Shown: positions 62,031 to 64,000 of the stretch, one piece after another
How positions within the stretch are numbered: the first letter of the stretch is position 1
How the letters are laid out: every line of letters begins with the position of its first letter
DNA from: Podarcis cretensis
Taxonomy: Eukaryota
NCBI GenBank assembly: GCA_951804945.1
Contig: OX638159.1
Span: forward strand, 65,844,001-65,908,000
Reading direction: 5' to 3'
Length of the DNA stretch: 64,000 nt
Position numbers and translations under genes: made by a program
Notes under the pieces: model-generated
What the model was told of the DNA's origin: nothing
Seen by the model: only the letters and a program-made list of their open reading frames with translations
Database searches by the model: none

Positions 62031-64000
62031 ATGAAGAAGCTTCTGCAAGGGCCGGCGAGCGAGCTCTCCCTGAGCCAGAATCACCACCAGCAGCTTTCCC
62101 TGGTGGAAATAGAAACGGACACCTTTGTCTGTGGCGTCAATAGGAAATCTGCAAGCAGTGACTTTTCCGCTGCTCAGGGGAGGAGCCCTGGGGCTAGGGA
62201 GGCCAGTAGAGGTGGGCTGGACTGGGATGGATACATCAAAGCCCCACGGGCGTTAGTTCCAAGCCAGTGTGACTCAGGGGGTGTCTCTGGCCGCCTGGCC
62301 GCAGAGAGCCTTCTGGAGCAAATGGAGAGCCCCGAGGGGCAAGCTGATCTCGCTGCCCTGAGCCTTGGCACTGGCTGGAGGGGAGTTGCTGGGGAAAGAG
62401 AAGGGGAAGGGCCCTGCCCTCCAAACAAGCCCCTCGCCTACACTCCCTGCAGCCCTGAGCCCAGAGACCGCTCTGCCGATGTCATTGAGTACATTGTGAA
62501 AGAGCTCCAAGGGATAAGTCGCATCCAGACCGAGATTGCTGAGCTCCAGCAGCACCTCACCTTGATCAAAGGCTCTGTGGATGAAGTCTCCAGCTGCGTG
62601 GACAGTGTTCTGAGCGAGATTGAGGGCCTGCAGAGCAGCTCTGGCCCCACCAGCAAAAACTCCCCATTGCCAAAGGCCAAGGCCAGGGAGCCCCTCCTGG
62701 GAGGGCCCATCAGAGAGCCAGTGTTGTATTTTTATGGCATCCCAGAGCAGGAGGGGGAGAACACCAAGGAGCTAGTCCACCGTTTCTTGTCAGAGTACCA
62801 CTGTTTCAATGGCATTCAGCGTAGCAAGTACATCAAGGATGCCTACAGATCTGGTGCAGCAACAGGCAAGCAGCTGGCCCCACGACCCGCTGTTGTAAAG
62901 CTTGCTAATGCTGAGCAGCGAGATTTCATTCTCCAGAAATCGATTCTTTTGCAAAGTGCAGGAGTTACCATTGTGGCCAGCAGTGAGCAAAGCCAGCAGA
63001 ATGGCCAGGTGGGTCCTGGGGCACAGCTGGGCACCTTGCCCTCGTCAGGCCAGAGTGGGAACCACTGGGGCTCCCTGCACATTCGTGGGGAAGTGGTCAG
63101 GACGGACGGAGATGGGCAGCTCCAAGTGGACTCTTGCCAAAACGCTTGCCAAGAGGTTCATTGCCGTGTAGGGGAAAGGCTTAACTTTCAACCAAAATCC
63201 ACCCTACCTAGGAAGAGCAACTTAATTGCTGAACTTGAAGAAAAAGTGGGGAGAGTTGTGCAAATAATGGGCAGTAGTGAGCAGACTTTGCACAAAAACA
63301 GCTCTTCCGCTGGAGTCCTTGATGCGTCCCACAAGAAGCTGGAAGGCCCTGGGCATGAGAACAAAGGCAGGGATTCCTTGCCATCCCCAGAGTGCTTGGG
63401 CAAGGTGCCCGCCTTGTGTGAGGGAGGAGGGGGACGTGCCTCAGATGCTGAAAATGCCACCAAGGGCAGCTCCTCTCCTGTGGAAGAGGACCAAGCAGGA
63501 GGGCTGACTCCAGGGGAAAGCGAGACAGACTGTGATGCCACCACACTGGAGTTTCTCAGTCCTGAGCAAGTCAGTCTCCTGGAGGAGGCACCGGTGGCCA
63601 TGACCACTCCTGGCTGTGACGGTGCTCTGTGCAAATTGGTTGACAGCAGTGAGACGCTCAAAGACATGATCCAGATTGACCTGAACGAGCAAGACCCAAC
63701 TGATCAGGTCTTCAGGGATGTCCTAGAAAATTCCCAGTACTTCCTTGAGCACTCTCGGGACAGCATTGATCTCGTGGACATGAGGTTTTACACTAACAAA
63801 CTGGGCAAAGCGCTGAATCACTTCCGGTCTGCACTACAGGTGGTGTTCCACAAACTGGAGACCGGGGACCCAGAAGTCCTCCTTGAAGGGGAAAAGAGCT
63901 TCCATATGAACAGTGAGCCAGCACCTGCCCTCCATAGCCCAAGTGTGCATGGCAGCTTGGATACCTTTGCTGAAACTCCCCCTAGTCAGTCTTCTGAGAG
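62031..64000 (+). CDS. UNC13B: UNC13B bMunc13-2 (brain-type) N-terminal exon, 3'-partial; exon begins at acceptor 61786/61789; upstream in-frame ATG at 61902
   Basis: Translated by hand, open to the window end: MKKLLQ...DVIEYIVKELQGISRIQTEIAELQQHL..SVDEVSSCVDSVLSEIEGL...KLGKALNHFRSALQVVFHKLE (63798-63860, matches a bMunc13-2 CaM site as I recall it). Absent from the ORF track because no stop falls in the window. Confidence 0.93.
   Translation, partial: MKKLLQGPASELSLSQNHHQQLSLVEIETDTFVCGVNRKSASSDFSAAQGRSPGAREASRGGLDWDGYIKAPRALVPSQCDSGGVSGRLAAESLLEQMESPEGQADLAALSLGTGWRGVAGEREGEGPCPPNKPLAYTPCSPEPRDRSADVIEYIVKELQGISRIQTEIAELQQHLTLIKGSVDEVSSCVDSVLSEIEGLQSSSGPTSKNSPLPKAKAREPLLGGPIREPVLYFYGIPEQEGENTKELVHRFLSEYHCFNGIQRSKYIKDAYRSGAATGKQLAPRPAVVKLANAEQRDFILQKSILLQSAGVTIVASSEQSQQNGQVGPGAQLGTLPSSGQSGNHWGSLHIRGEVVRTDGDGQLQVDSCQNACQEVHCRVGERLNFQPKSTLPRKSNLIAELEEKVGRVVQIMGSSEQTLHKNSSSAGVLDASHKKLEGPGHENKGRDSLPSPECLGKVPALCEGGGGRASDAENATKGSSSPVEEDQAGGLTPGESETDCDATTLEFLSPEQVSLLEEAPVAMTTPGCDGALCKLVDSSETLKDMIQIDLNEQDPTDQVFRDVLENSQYFLEHSRDSIDLVDMRFYTNKLGKALNHFRSALQVVFHKLETGDPEVLLEGEKSFHMNSEPAPALHSPSVHGSLDTFAETPPSQSSE

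Overview
Vertebrate genomic DNA, not prokaryotic. The repeat landscape (Sauria SINEs, CR1, L2, L1, hAT and Tigger-like MITEs, a Penelope remnant) points to a squamate, probably a lacertid lizard (inference). The whole window lies inside the 5' half of UNC13B (Munc13-2) on the + strand. I reconstructed phase-consistent exons of the ubMunc13-2 N-terminus: C2A-domain exons at 897-1014, 2427-2550, 5281-5354 and 6773-6830; a 36-nt cassette microexon at 18911-18946; and exons 25350-25572, 38506-38802 and the calmodulin-binding exon 39259-39349. An 8,820-nt giant exon (27631-36450) appears to close with a non-canonical GC donor just upstream of an in-frame stop. A candidate internal promoter/first exon (~53.7-54.4 kb) precedes the large bMunc13-2 N-terminal exon (61786 to the window end), which the ORF track misses because it has no stop inside the window. 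Most interesting signals: (1) the bMunc13-2 exon encodes a coiled coil plus RRM-like module resembling a domesticated LINE ORF1p; (2) the giant exon carries a cluster of CtBP/RIBEYE-type PxDLS motifs around an uncharacterised aromatic-acidic segment; (3) an intronic ubiquitin retrocopy is fused to an L2 3' tail. All family assignments rest on my recognition of sequence, not on database searches.
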